A stretch of DNA of 64,000 nucleotides from contig JBDRCO010000052.1 in the NCBI GenBank assembly GCA_043821645.1, positions 1 through 64,000 on the forward strand. The letters run 5' to 3'. Shown here piece by piece: positions 18,621-28,200 of this stretch (positions within the stretch are counted from its first letter, which is position 1; every line of letters begins with the position of its first letter). Position numbers and translations under genes: made by a program. This DNA comes from Pseudomonadota bacterium (GTDB lineage: Bacteria; Myxococcota; JACRCW01; JAFGSX01). The notes beneath the pieces were generated by a model, which did not search any database, was not told the origin of the DNA, and saw only the letters and a list, made by a program, of their open reading frames with translations.

Positions 18621-19643
18621 ATGCCTGACGCTTTGACGACGAGGGTCCAGCCATACCGCCCCCTCCTTCGACAGGAGGTGCTGGATAGCGCGCGGCGCGT
18701 GGTCGCGGTGGAGACCCGTGCCCTGGAGGCGTTGTCCGAACGACTGGGTGAGAGCTTCGTCGAGGCCACGCAGCGCATCCTCGACTGCCAGGGCCAGGTC
18801 GTGGTCAGCGGCATGGGCAAACCCGGCTTCGTGGCTCAGAAGCTCTCGGCGACCTTCGCCTCGACCGGGACTCCGAGCCTGTACCTGCACCCGGCCGAGG
18901 CCCTGCATGGCGATCTGGGCAGGGTTCGTCCTGACGACGTGGTGTTGACACTGTCCAATTCGGGCCGCACTGACGAGGTCGTGGCCCTGCTCCCGGCGCT
19001 GAGGGAGATCGGGGCGTGCGTGATCGCCCTCACCGGCGCGTCGGGATCACCGCTCACCGAATGTGCCGACGTGGTGATCGACATCGGGGCGGTGACCGAG
19101 GCCTGTCCCCTGGGGCTGGCACCCACGGCGTCGACCACGGCCATGATGGTGCTCGGCGACGCCCTGGCCATGTGTGTCGCCGAGGCCCGCGGGTTCAGCG
19201 TCGAGCAGTTCGCGCGCTTCCACCCTGGAGGCAGCCTGGGCAAGGCGCTGCTCAGGGTGCAGGAGGTGATGAGGCAAGGTCAGCACCTGCCCCTGCTGCC
19301 TCCCGTCGCGGCACTGGCGGATGCCATCGCCGTGATGACCCGCACACCTGGGCATCCGGGGGCAGCGATCATCGCCGACGCCGATGGATGCTTGCAGGGT
19401 ATCTTCACCGACGGAGACCTGAGGCGCCTGGTCGAAAAATCGGGCGACGCTCTGGACCTGCGACAGCCCATCGTGGGCCTGATGGCGCGGACTCCGCTGT
19501 CGGTCCCAGCCCGGGCTCTGATCGGAGAGGGACTCCGCATGTTGCGGGAGCGCGCCATCGACCAGCTGGTGGTCGTCGACGACGACGGGCGGGTCGTGGG
19601 TCTGCTCGACGTGCAGGACCTGCTGGCTGCCCGCATGATTTGA
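18621..19643 (+). CDS. kdsD: Arabinose-5-phosphate isomerase (KpsF/GutQ family; SIS + CBS)
   Basis: GMGKPG, STGTP, HPAEALHGDLG, EACPLGLAPTAST, FHPGG and a C-terminal CBS pair. Confidence 0.92.
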   Translation: MPDALTTRVQPYRPLLRQEVLDSARRVVAVETRALEALSERLGESFVEATQRILDCQGQVVVSGMGKPGFVAQKLSATFASTGTPSLYLHPAEALHGDLGRVRPDDVVLTLSNSGRTDEVVALLPALREIGACVIALTGASGSPLTECADVVIDIGAVTEACPLGLAPTASTTAMMVLGDALAMCVAEARGFSVEQFARFHPGGSLGKALLRVQEVMRQGQHLPLLPPVAALADAIAVMTRTPGHPGAAIIADADGCLQGIFTDGDLRRLVEKSGDALDLRQPIVGLMARTPLSVPARALIGEGLRMLRERAIDQLVVVDDDGRVVGLLDVQDLLAARMI

Positions 19644-19657
19644 CAAGGACCTTCACC

Positions 19658-20359
19658 ATGACCCTGTCGGCTCCGGCAGAGCGCGCAGCGCGTGACCAGA
19701 TCGTCCGGGTGATGCACCGGGTGTGGGAGCGTGGCCTCCTCGCTGCGGGTGACGGCAACGCCTCGATCCGGATCGACGCACGACGCATCGCCATCACGCC
19801 CTCGGGGGTGCTCAAGGCACAGCTCCGGCCCGAGCAGATCATCCTCGTCGACCACCGCGGCCGGCCGCAGGGTGGGAGCGGTCGGGCCACCAGCGAGATC
19901 GCCATGCACCTGGCGGTCTACCAGGCGCGCCCCGACGTGCATGCCGTGCTGCATGCCCACCCGCCAACCGCCATCGCGCTGTCCATCGCGGGCATCTCCC
20001 TGGCCGAATGCGTGCTGCCCGAGGTGATCGTGAGCCTGGGACGCATCCCCACGGCGCGGTACGCGACACCGGGCACCCTGGATGTTCCCGCCAGCATCGA
20101 GGCCGTGATCCGGGATCACAACGCGGTCTTGCTCGAGCGCCATGGCGCCCTGACCTGTGGTCGTGACCTCGATGAGGCCTACGGCAGGCTCGAGGTGGTC
20201 GAGCACTCGGCGCGGATCACCCACCTGGCCCGGCAACTCGGCCCCGTCCCCGTGTTGCCTGCCGACGAGGTGGCACGCATCCGCGAGGCTGCCACGAGTG
20301 CAGGCCTCATCCGCTCCCCCGTCGACTGCGAGCGCTGCGGGGTGTGCCGGCCGCGCTGA
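19658..20359 (+). CDS. Class II aldolase/adducin family protein
   Basis: GDGNAS, TPSG, SE..MH, HAHP and LERHG motifs; ends in CERCGVC. Confidence 0.88.
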   Translation: MTLSAPAERAARDQIVRVMHRVWERGLLAAGDGNASIRIDARRIAITPSGVLKAQLRPEQIILVDHRGRPQGGSGRATSEIAMHLAVYQARPDVHAVLHAHPPTAIALSIAGISLAECVLPEVIVSLGRIPTARYATPGTLDVPASIEAVIRDHNAVLLERHGALTCGRDLDEAYGRLEVVEHSARITHLARQLGPVPVLPADEVARIREAATSAGLIRSPVDCERCGVCRPR

Positions 20360-20455
20360 CGCGAGCGCTGCGGTGGTGTCCGGAAATCGAACTACAGACC
20401 GCTCTCGCCCGCCCTGGAACCCGGGTTTGGTGGATGCCCGCGACGCCACAGGGCT

Positions 20456-21607
20456 CTAATCCGCTACCCTGGCCAGGGCCTGGTCCAGGTCCGCCGTGAT
20501 GTCGTCGACATGCTCGATGCCCACGCTCAGACGAACCAGGCCATCGGTGAGTCCGCGCGCGATGCGCTCGTCCCGGGGCACGTCCACGTGGGTCATGGTG
20601 GCGGGGTGCGTGATCATGGTCTCGACGGAGCCCAGGCTCTCGGCCAGAGAGATCATGTGCACGCTGTTGAGCAGCGAACGGCCTGCGGGAATGCCTCCCT
20701 TGAGTTCGAAGGAGATCATGCCGCTGAAGCCGCCCCTCATCTGCTGGCACGCGACGGCATGTCCCGGATCGTCGTCGAGGCCTGGGTAGGCGACCCGGGC
20801 GACCTTGGGGTGATCGTGCAGGTAGTGCGCGATCTGCAGGGCGTTCTGGGAGTGGCGCGCCATGCGCAGGGCCAGGGTCTTGATGCCGAGCAAGGTGAGC
20901 CAGCAATCCATGGGGCCCGGGATCGCGCCGATGCACTTCTGCAAGAAATGGAAGCGATCGCCCAGGCCCGGCTCGCGGGTGAGCACGACGCCGCCTATGA
21001 GCTGGTTGTGGCCCGACAGGTACTTGCTGGTGGAGTGCAGCACGATGTCGGCACCCCACTCGAAGGGCCTGAGCAGAGCCGGGGTCGCAAAGGTCGAGTC
21101 CACCCCGAGCCAGGCGCCCTGGGCGTGAGCGATCTCGGCCATGGCCGCGAGGTCCGTGACCTTGAGCAGGGGGTTGGTCGGGGTCTCGACCCACAGCAGC
21201 CGGGTGCTGGGCCGCATGGCCTCGCGCACCAACTCGGGCCGCGAGCTGTCGACGTAAGTGAAGCTCAGGCCCTGGTGCACCAGAAGCTGATTGAACAGCC
21301 GGGACACGCCGCCGTAAACGTCGTCGCTGCACACCACGTGGTCGCCGCTCTTGAGCAGCTTGGCCACGGCATCCACTGCGGCCATGCCAGAGGCGAAGCA
21401 CGAGGCATCGCGACCACCCTCGATGGCGGCCAGGTTCTGCTCCAGCACCTTGCGGGTTGGATTCTTCGAGCGTGTGTAATCAAAGCCTCTGTCCTTGCCG
21501 ACCTCCTCGAGCACGTAGGTGGCGGTCTGGTACAGCGGTGGAACGATGGCACCTGTCGAGGGATCGGGCGTAATGCCCGCGCGCACGACCTGGGTCTCGA
21601 ATTTCAT
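20456..21607 (-). CDS. PLP-dependent cystathionine gamma-lyase/synthase
   Basis: [29 protein letters not shown] (PLP lysine), ESLG and RLSVGIE. Confidence 0.92.
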   Translation of the reverse strand: MKFETQVVRAGITPDPSTGAIVPPLYQTATYVLEEVGKDRGFDYTRSKNPTRKVLEQNLAAIEGGRDASCFASGMAAVDAVAKLLKSGDHVVCSDDVYGGVSRLFNQLLVHQGLSFTYVDSSRPELVREAMRPSTRLLWVETPTNPLLKVTDLAAMAEIAHAQGAWLGVDSTFATPALLRPFEWGADIVLHSTSKYLSGHNQLIGGVVLTREPGLGDRFHFLQKCIGAIPGPMDCWLTLLGIKTLALRMARHSQNALQIAHYLHDHPKVARVAYPGLDDDPGHAVACQQMRGGFSGMISFELKGGIPAGRSLLNSVHMISLAESLGSVETMITHPATMTHVDVPRDERIARGLTDGLVRLSVGIEHVDDITADLDQALARVAD

Positions 21608-22590
21608 GGGGTGTGCTCCGGTACAGGTGCTGTGTCGTCGACAAAGCCCTGGGCTTTCATCCAGTCATCGAGCAAGAACTTGCTCATGTAGTTGCGGATC
21701 GAGTCGGGCAGGATGCACAGGCATTTCTGGCCCGGTTTGAGGTCCTGTGCCGCCTCCAGGGCCGCCACCATCACGGCCCCTGACGAACCGCCCACCAGCA
21801 GACCCTCGTCCCGGATCAGGCGCCGGGCCAGAGTGAACGACTGCTTGTCGTCGGTCTTGACGTAGCGATCGACCAGGCTGTTGTCGAGCACCTCGGGAAA
21901 GAAATCGTAGCCTATGCCCTCGACCTTGTAGGAGAACACCTCCTCGCCACCGCCCAGGATCGAGCCGAAGGGGTCTGCGCCCACGATGCGGATGTCCGGG
22001 ATGGCCTGCTTGAGCCGGCGCGCCACACCCGTGATGGTGCCCCCGGTGCCGACGCCAATGACGACCATGGCCAGGTCCGTGCCGAAGTCTTGCAGGATCT
22101 CCTCGGCTGTTCCCTGCTCGTGAGCCGCCGGATTGTCGGGGTTGGCATACTGGTCTAGAACATGGGCTCTGGGGAGCTCCGTTGCCAGTCTCCTGGCCAC
22201 GCCGATATGGCTCTCGGGGGCGTCCCAGGCCGCCTCGGTCGGGGTGCGCACGATCTCGGCACCCAGGGCTCGCAACACCGACTCCTTCTCGAGGCTCATC
22301 TTCTCGGGCAGGGTGATGATCATACGGTAGCCGCGGACCGCAGCAGCGAGCGCCAGACCGATGCCGGTATTGCCCGAGGTCGGCTCGATGAGGGTGTCGC
22401 CGGGGTGGATGCGTTCCGCCTTCTCGGCCTCGAGCAGCATGCGCACACCGATGCGGTCCTTGAGCGAGCCACCCGGGTTCAAAAACTCGCACTTGGCCCA
22501 CAGTTCACACGGGAGCTCGGCACCGACGCGGTGCAGCCGCACCACGGGCGTTCGTCCCACGGCGTCCAGGATCGACTCGTAGCGTGCCAT
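21604..22590 (-). CDS. Cystathionine beta-synthase catalytic core (CysK/CBS family)
   Basis: [32 protein letters not shown] and [15 protein letters not shown] overlap with the gamma-lyase gene. Confidence 0.88.
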   Translation of the reverse strand: MARYESILDAVGRTPVVRLHRVGAELPCELWAKCEFLNPGGSLKDRIGVRMLLEAEKAERIHPGDTLIEPTSGNTGIGLALAAAVRGYRMIITLPEKMSLEKESVLRALGAEIVRTPTEAAWDAPESHIGVARRLATELPRAHVLDQYANPDNPAAHEQGTAEEILQDFGTDLAMVVIGVGTGGTITGVARRLKQAIPDIRIVGADPFGSILGGGEEVFSYKVEGIGYDFFPEVLDNSLVDRYVKTDDKQSFTLARRLIRDEGLLVGGSSGAVMVAALEAAQDLKPGQKCLCILPDSIRNYMSKFLLDDWMKAQGFVDDTAPVPEHTP

Positions 22591-22787
22591 CGTGTCCTCT
22601 TCTCTCCACGCGCTCGGCCTGTCGACGGTCCCAGACCGGGCAGAGATCACATGGTCCGGAACACTGAGTGCAGTGTGTGGTCTTGTAGCAAGGAGGCTCT
22701 GGTCGGTCTAGCGTGCGCCAGATGGCGTGCTGACATGGTCTCGCGCGATAGAAGGTACGGACGAGTGCGCTGGAGGCGACCGGCCAG

Positions 22788-22815
22788 AAAAAACAGGCTG
22801 ACCCTGCGCTGCCTG
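22788..22815 (-). terminator. Possible intrinsic terminator downstream of elbB
   Basis: Minus strand CAGGC-N12-GCCTG followed by TTTTTT. Confidence 0.4.
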
Positions 22816-22901
22816 ACCGAGAGCCCGGTCGCGTTCATGAGCAGCTCGCATCTGAGGGTTCAGGTCAGGAGCGCGACCTGGCTTTGACGTCTCGACGCTG
22901 T

Positions 22902-23561
22902 TCAGCGCGCCATGGCCACGATCTTGTCGACCAGTTTCTCGATCCCGATTGCCACGTCGCGTATCCCGGGTCCCAGCATGTAGGCCGGGGTGGTGACCAT
23001 GCGATTGCGGTCATCAACCACGATGTCCTCGACCGGGCAGACCGTGTGCTGTGCGCCACAGGCCTCGATTCCCTGGGAGGTGCCTGGGTCGTTACCTATG
23101 GTCACGTTGAGCGCCACCTCCGAGCCCTTGAAGATCGCGGCCATGGTGGCCGGGGCGATGCATACGGCGCCTATGGGTTTCTTCTGCGCATGCATGGCCT
23201 TGACCAGCCTGGCCACGTCCGGCTGCACCACGGCATCAGCGCCCTTCATGGCGAAGGTGCTCAGGTTCTTGGCGGCGCCAAAGCCACCCGGGAAAATCAC
23301 CGCATCCAGGGTCGACGGGTCGAGTTTCTTGAGGTCCAGGACGTCGCCGCGGGCGATGCGCGCGGATTCGGTGAGCACGTTGCGCTTTTCGCCCGTGGGC
23401 TGCTGGGTCCGGTGATCCACGACGTCGAAGTCCATGTCCGGCGCCAGGCACACGACCTCGACACCCTTGCGCGCCAGGGCGAGCAAGGTGATCACCGACT
23501 CATGAATCTCCGCCCCGTCGAACACCCCGCAGCCCGACAGCACGACTCCGATCTTGACCAT
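22902..23561 (-). CDS. elbB: ElbB/ES1 family glyoxalase (DJ-1/PfpI superfamily)
   Basis: LSGCGVFDGAEIHE, ESARIARG, PGGFGAAKNLS, CIAP and TTPAYM. Confidence 0.92.
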   Translation of the reverse strand: MVKIGVVLSGCGVFDGAEIHESVITLLALARKGVEVVCLAPDMDFDVVDHRTQQPTGEKRNVLTESARIARGDVLDLKKLDPSTLDAVIFPGGFGAAKNLSTFAMKGADAVVQPDVARLVKAMHAQKKPIGAVCIAPATMAAIFKGSEVALNVTIGNDPGTSQGIEACGAQHTVCPVEDIVVDDRNRMVTTPAYMLGPGIRDVAIGIEKLVDKIVAMAR

Positions 23562-23629
23562 GTGCAACCTCCCCGCGCGCCTCGAGCACGCTGTTGACGA
23601 CGTGAATCCAGGATCTAGGTCGGGACAGG

Positions 23630-25012
23630 CTAGATGTCCAGCCCTGCGGCATCCTCGACGGAGGCATCCTCGACATCGGGGCTGCCCGCGTCCTGGCCGA
23701 CGTCTGGTGCCGAGGAGTCCGTCGCTGCGCTGTCGCCAGCACTCGAATCTCCGGAACCCGCGTCGGTCACCGGAGAGGCGATGGGGGGTGCTGTCACCAT
23801 GCGGTTGGCGAGGTCGTTGCAGATGGCCTTGCGAGTTTCGGGCGCGTCGTCCCACACCGCGCAGCGAAAGCCGATGGTCTTGTCCGAGTCAAAGGTACCC
23901 ACCCGCGCGCGCGGGTTGAGCTCGCACCAGGAACTGGCCTTGTAGTGGCCGCCCTTGGTCACGCGCGCCAGGTTGGTGCTGTCGGTGTCACCGACCACGG
24001 GGTTGCACAGCTCGCTGTCCGAGGCGTCACCGAGATCGGCGACCCGTCGCGAGGCGCACATGGGATCACCCAGGGCCCCGGCACAGTCATCCCGGACCGC
24101 GAAGTCGCTGCCGAGGAAGGTCTCGGCTCCCTCGCAGCGCGAGGACAGCGCATCGACCACCCATTCGGCGACGTTGCCCGCGAGATCGCGCACGCCGTCC
24201 GCCGTGGCGAAGCCGGCGCGCGGCTTGTCCCCGTCGAGATTGGCACTCCATCCCTCGCCATAGGTGAGGACGGCAAAGGGGTGCTCGGTGCCCTGCTTGT
24301 AGACCGGGTTGGTGCTCTCGGGCCAGGCCGGGTCGTTGGTGCAGCGCGCGAGCTTCTCCTCGTCGTCGGTGGCGATGCTCTGCACCGCATCCTCGCAGCC
24401 AATGCGAGCCGCGGGCAGGCCTGCTCCCGGCAGGGGAAGGGGTGGCTGTGCGAAGGCGTTTCCGTCGACGGCAGGGCCCACGGCTGCGCGTTCCCACTGC
24501 GCCTCGGTGGGCAGATCCGCGTTGAGCCCGAGGTGACGATAGCGCCAGCGGCAGTAGGTGCGCGCCTCTATCCACGACACGTCGCGGGCGGGCTCCAGAG
24601 CTACTTCCTTGCGCGTGTAGGGGCACACGTCGGAGGCGATCGAGGAGATCATCTCGGCCACCACCGGCGTCTCGGTGTAACAGGCATCCCAGTAGGCGCA
24701 CTCGCCGGCTTGCACGCACTCGAGGTACTCGGCGTTGGTCACCTCGCGGTTCATGATGCGGTAGCCCGTGAGGTAGGCCAGGCGCCAGGGGAACTGTGCC
24801 GGGGCGTCGCTGCAGGTCGCGCTGAAGGTCTGATTGTCCCAGCAGGCCGGCGCTCCGCCGGTGACGAACCAGCCCGTCGCCACGGACACGAAGTCTTTTT
24901 CGGGATCTGCCGGGAGCCGGGTCAAACCCGCCGGACGCAGGCAGGTGCAGTCGCCCAGGCACAGCAGCAGCAGGGCGACGACGAGGACAGGGTGCACAAA
25001 GAGGCGCTTCAT
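23630..25012 (-). CDS. Exported FGE-sulfatase (SUMF1/EgtB/PvdO) domain protein, Cys-rich
   Basis: EVTNAEY, VSW.EA..YC, LPTEAQWERAA, DLAGNVAEW and IGFRC; acidic DAG-rich C-tail. Confidence 0.82.
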   Translation of the reverse strand: MKRLFVHPVLVVALLLLCLGDCTCLRPAGLTRLPADPEKDFVSVATGWFVTGGAPACWDNQTFSATCSDAPAQFPWRLAYLTGYRIMNREVTNAEYLECVQAGECAYWDACYTETPVVAEMISSIASDVCPYTRKEVALEPARDVSWIEARTYCRWRYRHLGLNADLPTEAQWERAAVGPAVDGNAFAQPPLPLPGAGLPAARIGCEDAVQSIATDDEEKLARCTNDPAWPESTNPVYKQGTEHPFAVLTYGEGWSANLDGDKPRAGFATADGVRDLAGNVAEWVVDALSSRCEGAETFLGSDFAVRDDCAGALGDPMCASRRVADLGDASDSELCNPVVGDTDSTNLARVTKGGHYKASSWCELNPRARVGTFDSDKTIGFRCAVWDDAPETRKAICNDLANRMVTAPPIASPVTDAGSGDSSAGDSAATDSSAPDVGQDAGSPDVEDASVEDAAGLDI

Positions 25013-26436
25013 GGCGTCACCTCCTCGATGACGGCAGCCTCGTTGACCAGCTCCGCCGGCAGGTCGTCGCTCGGTTCCCGCAGCTCGTAGATGTCCGAGG
25101 GCTGGATCAGGAGGTCCAGGCCGATGAGACCCACCCCGAGCACGACGCCACTGAGGCCGCCGTACATCCCTACCTGCTGCGCGGTCCAGAAGCCCTCGCT
25201 GTAGGGGCTTCCCTGCACGGTGAAGCCTCCCAGCCCGTAGCTCACCGCGGTGGTGAGGCCGCCGAGGACCAGGGAGGTGCCCGCCACCCAGGTGCCCAGG
25301 GTGGAGACCCAGCCCGTGAGCTCGCCACGTTCACGCAGGTACGCGTTGACCCGGGTCAGCCGTCCGCGCTCGATGGTGACGTCGGCCTGGTACAGGAAAA
25401 ATCCCTGGCGTTGCACCGAGACCTGGTGCTTGCCCTGCTCGACAAGCTTGGTGACGTTGTAGGGCGTGAGTCCCATGATCTGTCCGTCGAGAAACACCTG
25501 CGCGCCGTTGACGTTGCTCTCGATGGCCAGTCCGCCGAAGTTCTTGACCTTCTCAAGGGCATAGGCGAGGTCCCGGGGTCTGTCCTCGGGCATCTCGAAC
25601 TCGCGTTCGATGGTCTGGTAGCCGTTCTTGACCAGCACCAGCTTGTGGGTGCCGGGCTTGAGTCTGATCTCGAGCGGCGACTGACCGAGAAGCTTGCCCA
25701 TCTCGTCGATGTAGATGTCCGCAGCCGCTGGAGCTGTCCGCACGCTCAGCTCGCTCAGGGTCTGGCGCATGCGCGCCTGCAGGGCCGCGATCAGTGCCAC
25801 CACGTCCTGACGATCGCTGGCATCCGGTTCCAGCTCGATGTAGCGCTGGTAGTGGACGATGGCGTTGTCGTAGTCGCCCTGCTTCTCGTAGCACTTGGCG
25901 ATGTTGTAGGTGAAGGCCCCCTTCTGGGCCACGCGGTTGGCGCGCTCGAGCTGGGCGATGGCGTCGGCGTAGCGCCCGGCCCGGTAGTACTCGCGACCCT
26001 TGCGGGCAAGCACGGCCGCTTGCTCCTCGGGTGTGGTGGGTGCCGCATTCTTCTTGAGCTGTTCCCGGTAGTGCGCGATGAGCCCGCGCACCACCTCGGC
26101 ATCGGGCGCGCCCACCGCATCGGCGAGGTAGCGCTCGTAGTACACCACGGCGCTGGAGTAGTCGCCCATGCGCTCGTAGCAGCGCGCGATGTTGAACAGC
26201 AGCGACGGCGAGGAGACCAGCTTGTGCGCGGCCTGCAGCTGGACGATGGCCTGCTCGTAATTGCGGGCCTCGAACAGTTGCCGGCTCTCTTCGAAATGCT
26301 GCTGGGCCCTGGCCTCCGGCGAGTTGGGCGCCGGGGCCGCCGCTTCAGGTGGGGCTGAACCCTCGGTGCCAGGCGTGGAGGTCTGACCCAGGGCTGTGAG
26401 GGCAGCGAGGGCAAGAGACAGCATGCTCGTCGTCAT
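25009..26436 (-). CDS. TPR + PEGA domain protein with C-terminal hydrophobic segments
   Basis: Two similar TPR modules (NIA.CYE..GDY..A...Y.RY) and two PEGA domains (A.IYID...G.SP; AQVFLDG...G.TP). Confidence 0.85.
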   Translation of the reverse strand: MTTSMLSLALAALTALGQTSTPGTEGSAPPEAAAPAPNSPEARAQQHFEESRQLFEARNYEQAIVQLQAAHKLVSSPSLLFNIARCYERMGDYSSAVVYYERYLADAVGAPDAEVVRGLIAHYREQLKKNAAPTTPEEQAAVLARKGREYYRAGRYADAIAQLERANRVAQKGAFTYNIAKCYEKQGDYDNAIVHYQRYIELEPDASDRQDVVALIAALQARMRQTLSELSVRTAPAAADIYIDEMGKLLGQSPLEIRLKPGTHKLVLVKNGYQTIEREFEMPEDRPRDLAYALEKVKNFGGLAIESNVNGAQVFLDGQIMGLTPYNVTKLVEQGKHQVSVQRQGFFLYQADVTIERGRLTRVNAYLRERGELTGWVSTLGTWVAGTSLVLGGLTTAVSYGLGGFTVQGSPYSEGFWTAQQVGMYGGLSGVVLGVGLIGLDLLIQPSDIYELREPSDDLPAELVNEAAVIEEVTP

Positions 26437-26442
26437 GCAGCC

Positions 26443-26471
26443 AAGGTAATGCTCTGCCCCCGGGGTGTCAA
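26443..26471 (-). promoter_or_regulatory. Putative sigma70 promoter giving a leaderless transcript of the TPR-PEGA gene
   Basis: Minus strand TTGACA-N17-TACCTT; only 6 nt separate the -10 box from the ATG at 26436. Confidence 0.6.
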
Positions 26472-26520
26472 TGCGAGGGGCCCGGACCACGCGGGGCGCG
26501 GAATAAAGGGGGACCTGCGC

Positions 26521-28077
26521 CTACTGGCAGCCGCTCTGGTAGGGCACGGGGATCACGCCGCAGGCACAACCCGTATCCGCCGTGGGCTCCGGGTTATCCG
26601 TGAACGCGCGGTCGGGATGCACAGGAATGTCGATGTCGATGGGTGCGGTCTCGGATAGATCGACCAGCGGTGCCACCTGCAGGTCCTCGCTGTTCCAGGC
26701 TCGCCCCACCACATTGTAGCCACGCGCGAGCTTGACCTTCGTGATCAGAGCCCAGGGCCAGGGCAGGGGCGACGCGATGTACCAGACCCCGCGCATGGGG
26801 CAGCTCTCGTCACCGGAGCTCTCGTGCTCGGAAAAGGCGTAGGCGCTGTTGCTGTTGGCGTCGAGGTAGGTCACGAGACTGCCGGTGGCAACGTCCAGCG
26901 GCCCATAGTGCATGATGAAGTCGTCCAAACTCCCCGTGTTCAGGTGATCGGGCAGGCTCAAGGCGTAGGTTCCGCCGGTGGCAGCCACCGATACGATCTC
27001 GGACACGCCGCCCAGGGCGCGGTTGGCCAGCAAGGCCACGCGGCGCTGGACGTTGGTGGTGGCGGGCTGCCCGGTCGGCTGCAGAAACTGCCCGCTGACG
27101 TCGAGGGTCAGGTGCGGGGTCGCGGTGATGGCGAGGGCGATCTCGTCGCCGAGCGCGCGGGGTTCCCCGGCCGGGGCATTGTCATACAGGCCCACCACCA
27201 GGAGGTTCCAGCCAGTGTCGAGCCCAAGGGGCAGGGCCGTGCCCTCGGCGTACACCAGCATCAGGTGCCCTTCTCCGGTGCCACTGGCATAGCTGAGCAG
27301 ATCTCCCATCCCGATGATGTCGTCGCTGTCGTCAAAGCGATCCGGGATGCCCGTGCTCGAGTCGAGGAAGGCAAAGGGCAAGTACATCGCAGCACGGCTG
27401 TCGCCGTTGACCTGGCAGGGGTTGCCCGGGGTCGACACGATCTGGTTGGCCGGGGGACTCTCGGGCACGTCCACGGTGAAGTGCACCACGCTCCGGCTCA
27501 CGCTGGCCAGGTGCGCGGGGATTCCCACCGTGTCGGTGCGCCAGGTCTGGCCCGGTCCACCGCCGTCGATCCCTGAGGCATCGCCGACCCCCCCGTCCTC
27601 GCAGACCACGGGGCCGTTGGCCCAGTCCCAGTCGAAGCGCACGAAGGCCACGCGCACTTCGGACACGTCGCTGGTCCCCAGTTCATCTACCTTGATGCTC
27701 AGGTTGACGGTCACCGGGGTCCCGGCATCTCCTATCGAGGTATCAGGCTGGGTCGCGTCCGCAACGAACAGGTCGGTCAGGGCGGCGTCCAGATTGCCAG
27801 CATCGGCCACGGCGCCGTCGCTGGATGTGGCGTCGAGGCGACCTCCATCGGGTTGGCTGCTGTCTGCTCCGACTGCGTCGGGAGCGCTGCTATCCAGGAC
27901 GGCACTGTCCTGCGCTGGTGCATCCAGGGCCGTTCCGTCCGTGCCGGTGGTGTCCACTCCGATACGGTCCCGGCTCGCGGCATCGCTCTGCGATGGTGGA
28001 GGCTCCCCCCCGCAGTCCCCGCAGCCCAGGAAACCGGTCGTCATTAGAAGTCCAGCCAGCCATGCCAAGCGACGCAT
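26521..28077 (-). CDS. Hypothetical lipoprotein with DA/DS/DG-rich linker and two repeated beta-rich domains
   Basis: GGAGGAGG RBS, lipobox FLGC and a low-complexity Asp-rich N-terminal linker. Confidence 0.7.
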   Translation of the reverse strand: MRRLAWLAGLLMTTGFLGCGDCGGEPPPSQSDAASRDRIGVDTTGTDGTALDAPAQDSAVLDSSAPDAVGADSSQPDGGRLDATSSDGAVADAGNLDAALTDLFVADATQPDTSIGDAGTPVTVNLSIKVDELGTSDVSEVRVAFVRFDWDWANGPVVCEDGGVGDASGIDGGGPGQTWRTDTVGIPAHLASVSRSVVHFTVDVPESPPANQIVSTPGNPCQVNGDSRAAMYLPFAFLDSSTGIPDRFDDSDDIIGMGDLLSYASGTGEGHLMLVYAEGTALPLGLDTGWNLLVVGLYDNAPAGEPRALGDEIALAITATPHLTLDVSGQFLQPTGQPATTNVQRRVALLANRALGGVSEIVSVAATGGTYALSLPDHLNTGSLDDFIMHYGPLDVATGSLVTYLDANSNSAYAFSEHESSGDESCPMRGVWYIASPLPWPWALITKVKLARGYNVVGRAWNSEDLQVAPLVDLSETAPIDIDIPVHPDRAFTDNPEPTADTGCACGVIPVPYQSGCQ

Positions 28078-28200
28078 AGGTCCTCCTCCCACGATGTGCA
28101 TGACGCCCTGCCAGGCGGGGTTCATCCCCACCCGGAACTCAGACACGGCCGAGAGAAATCGGGCAAATAGAATCTCGCACAGGGCCAGATCGGTGGCGTT

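Noticed and set aside
22591-22900. Possible SAM riboswitch or leader peptide upstream of CBS-CGL
   Set aside because: No SAM-I/II consensus is visible; the 63-aa ORF there has no RBS or Cys/Met enrichment and crosses a likely terminator.
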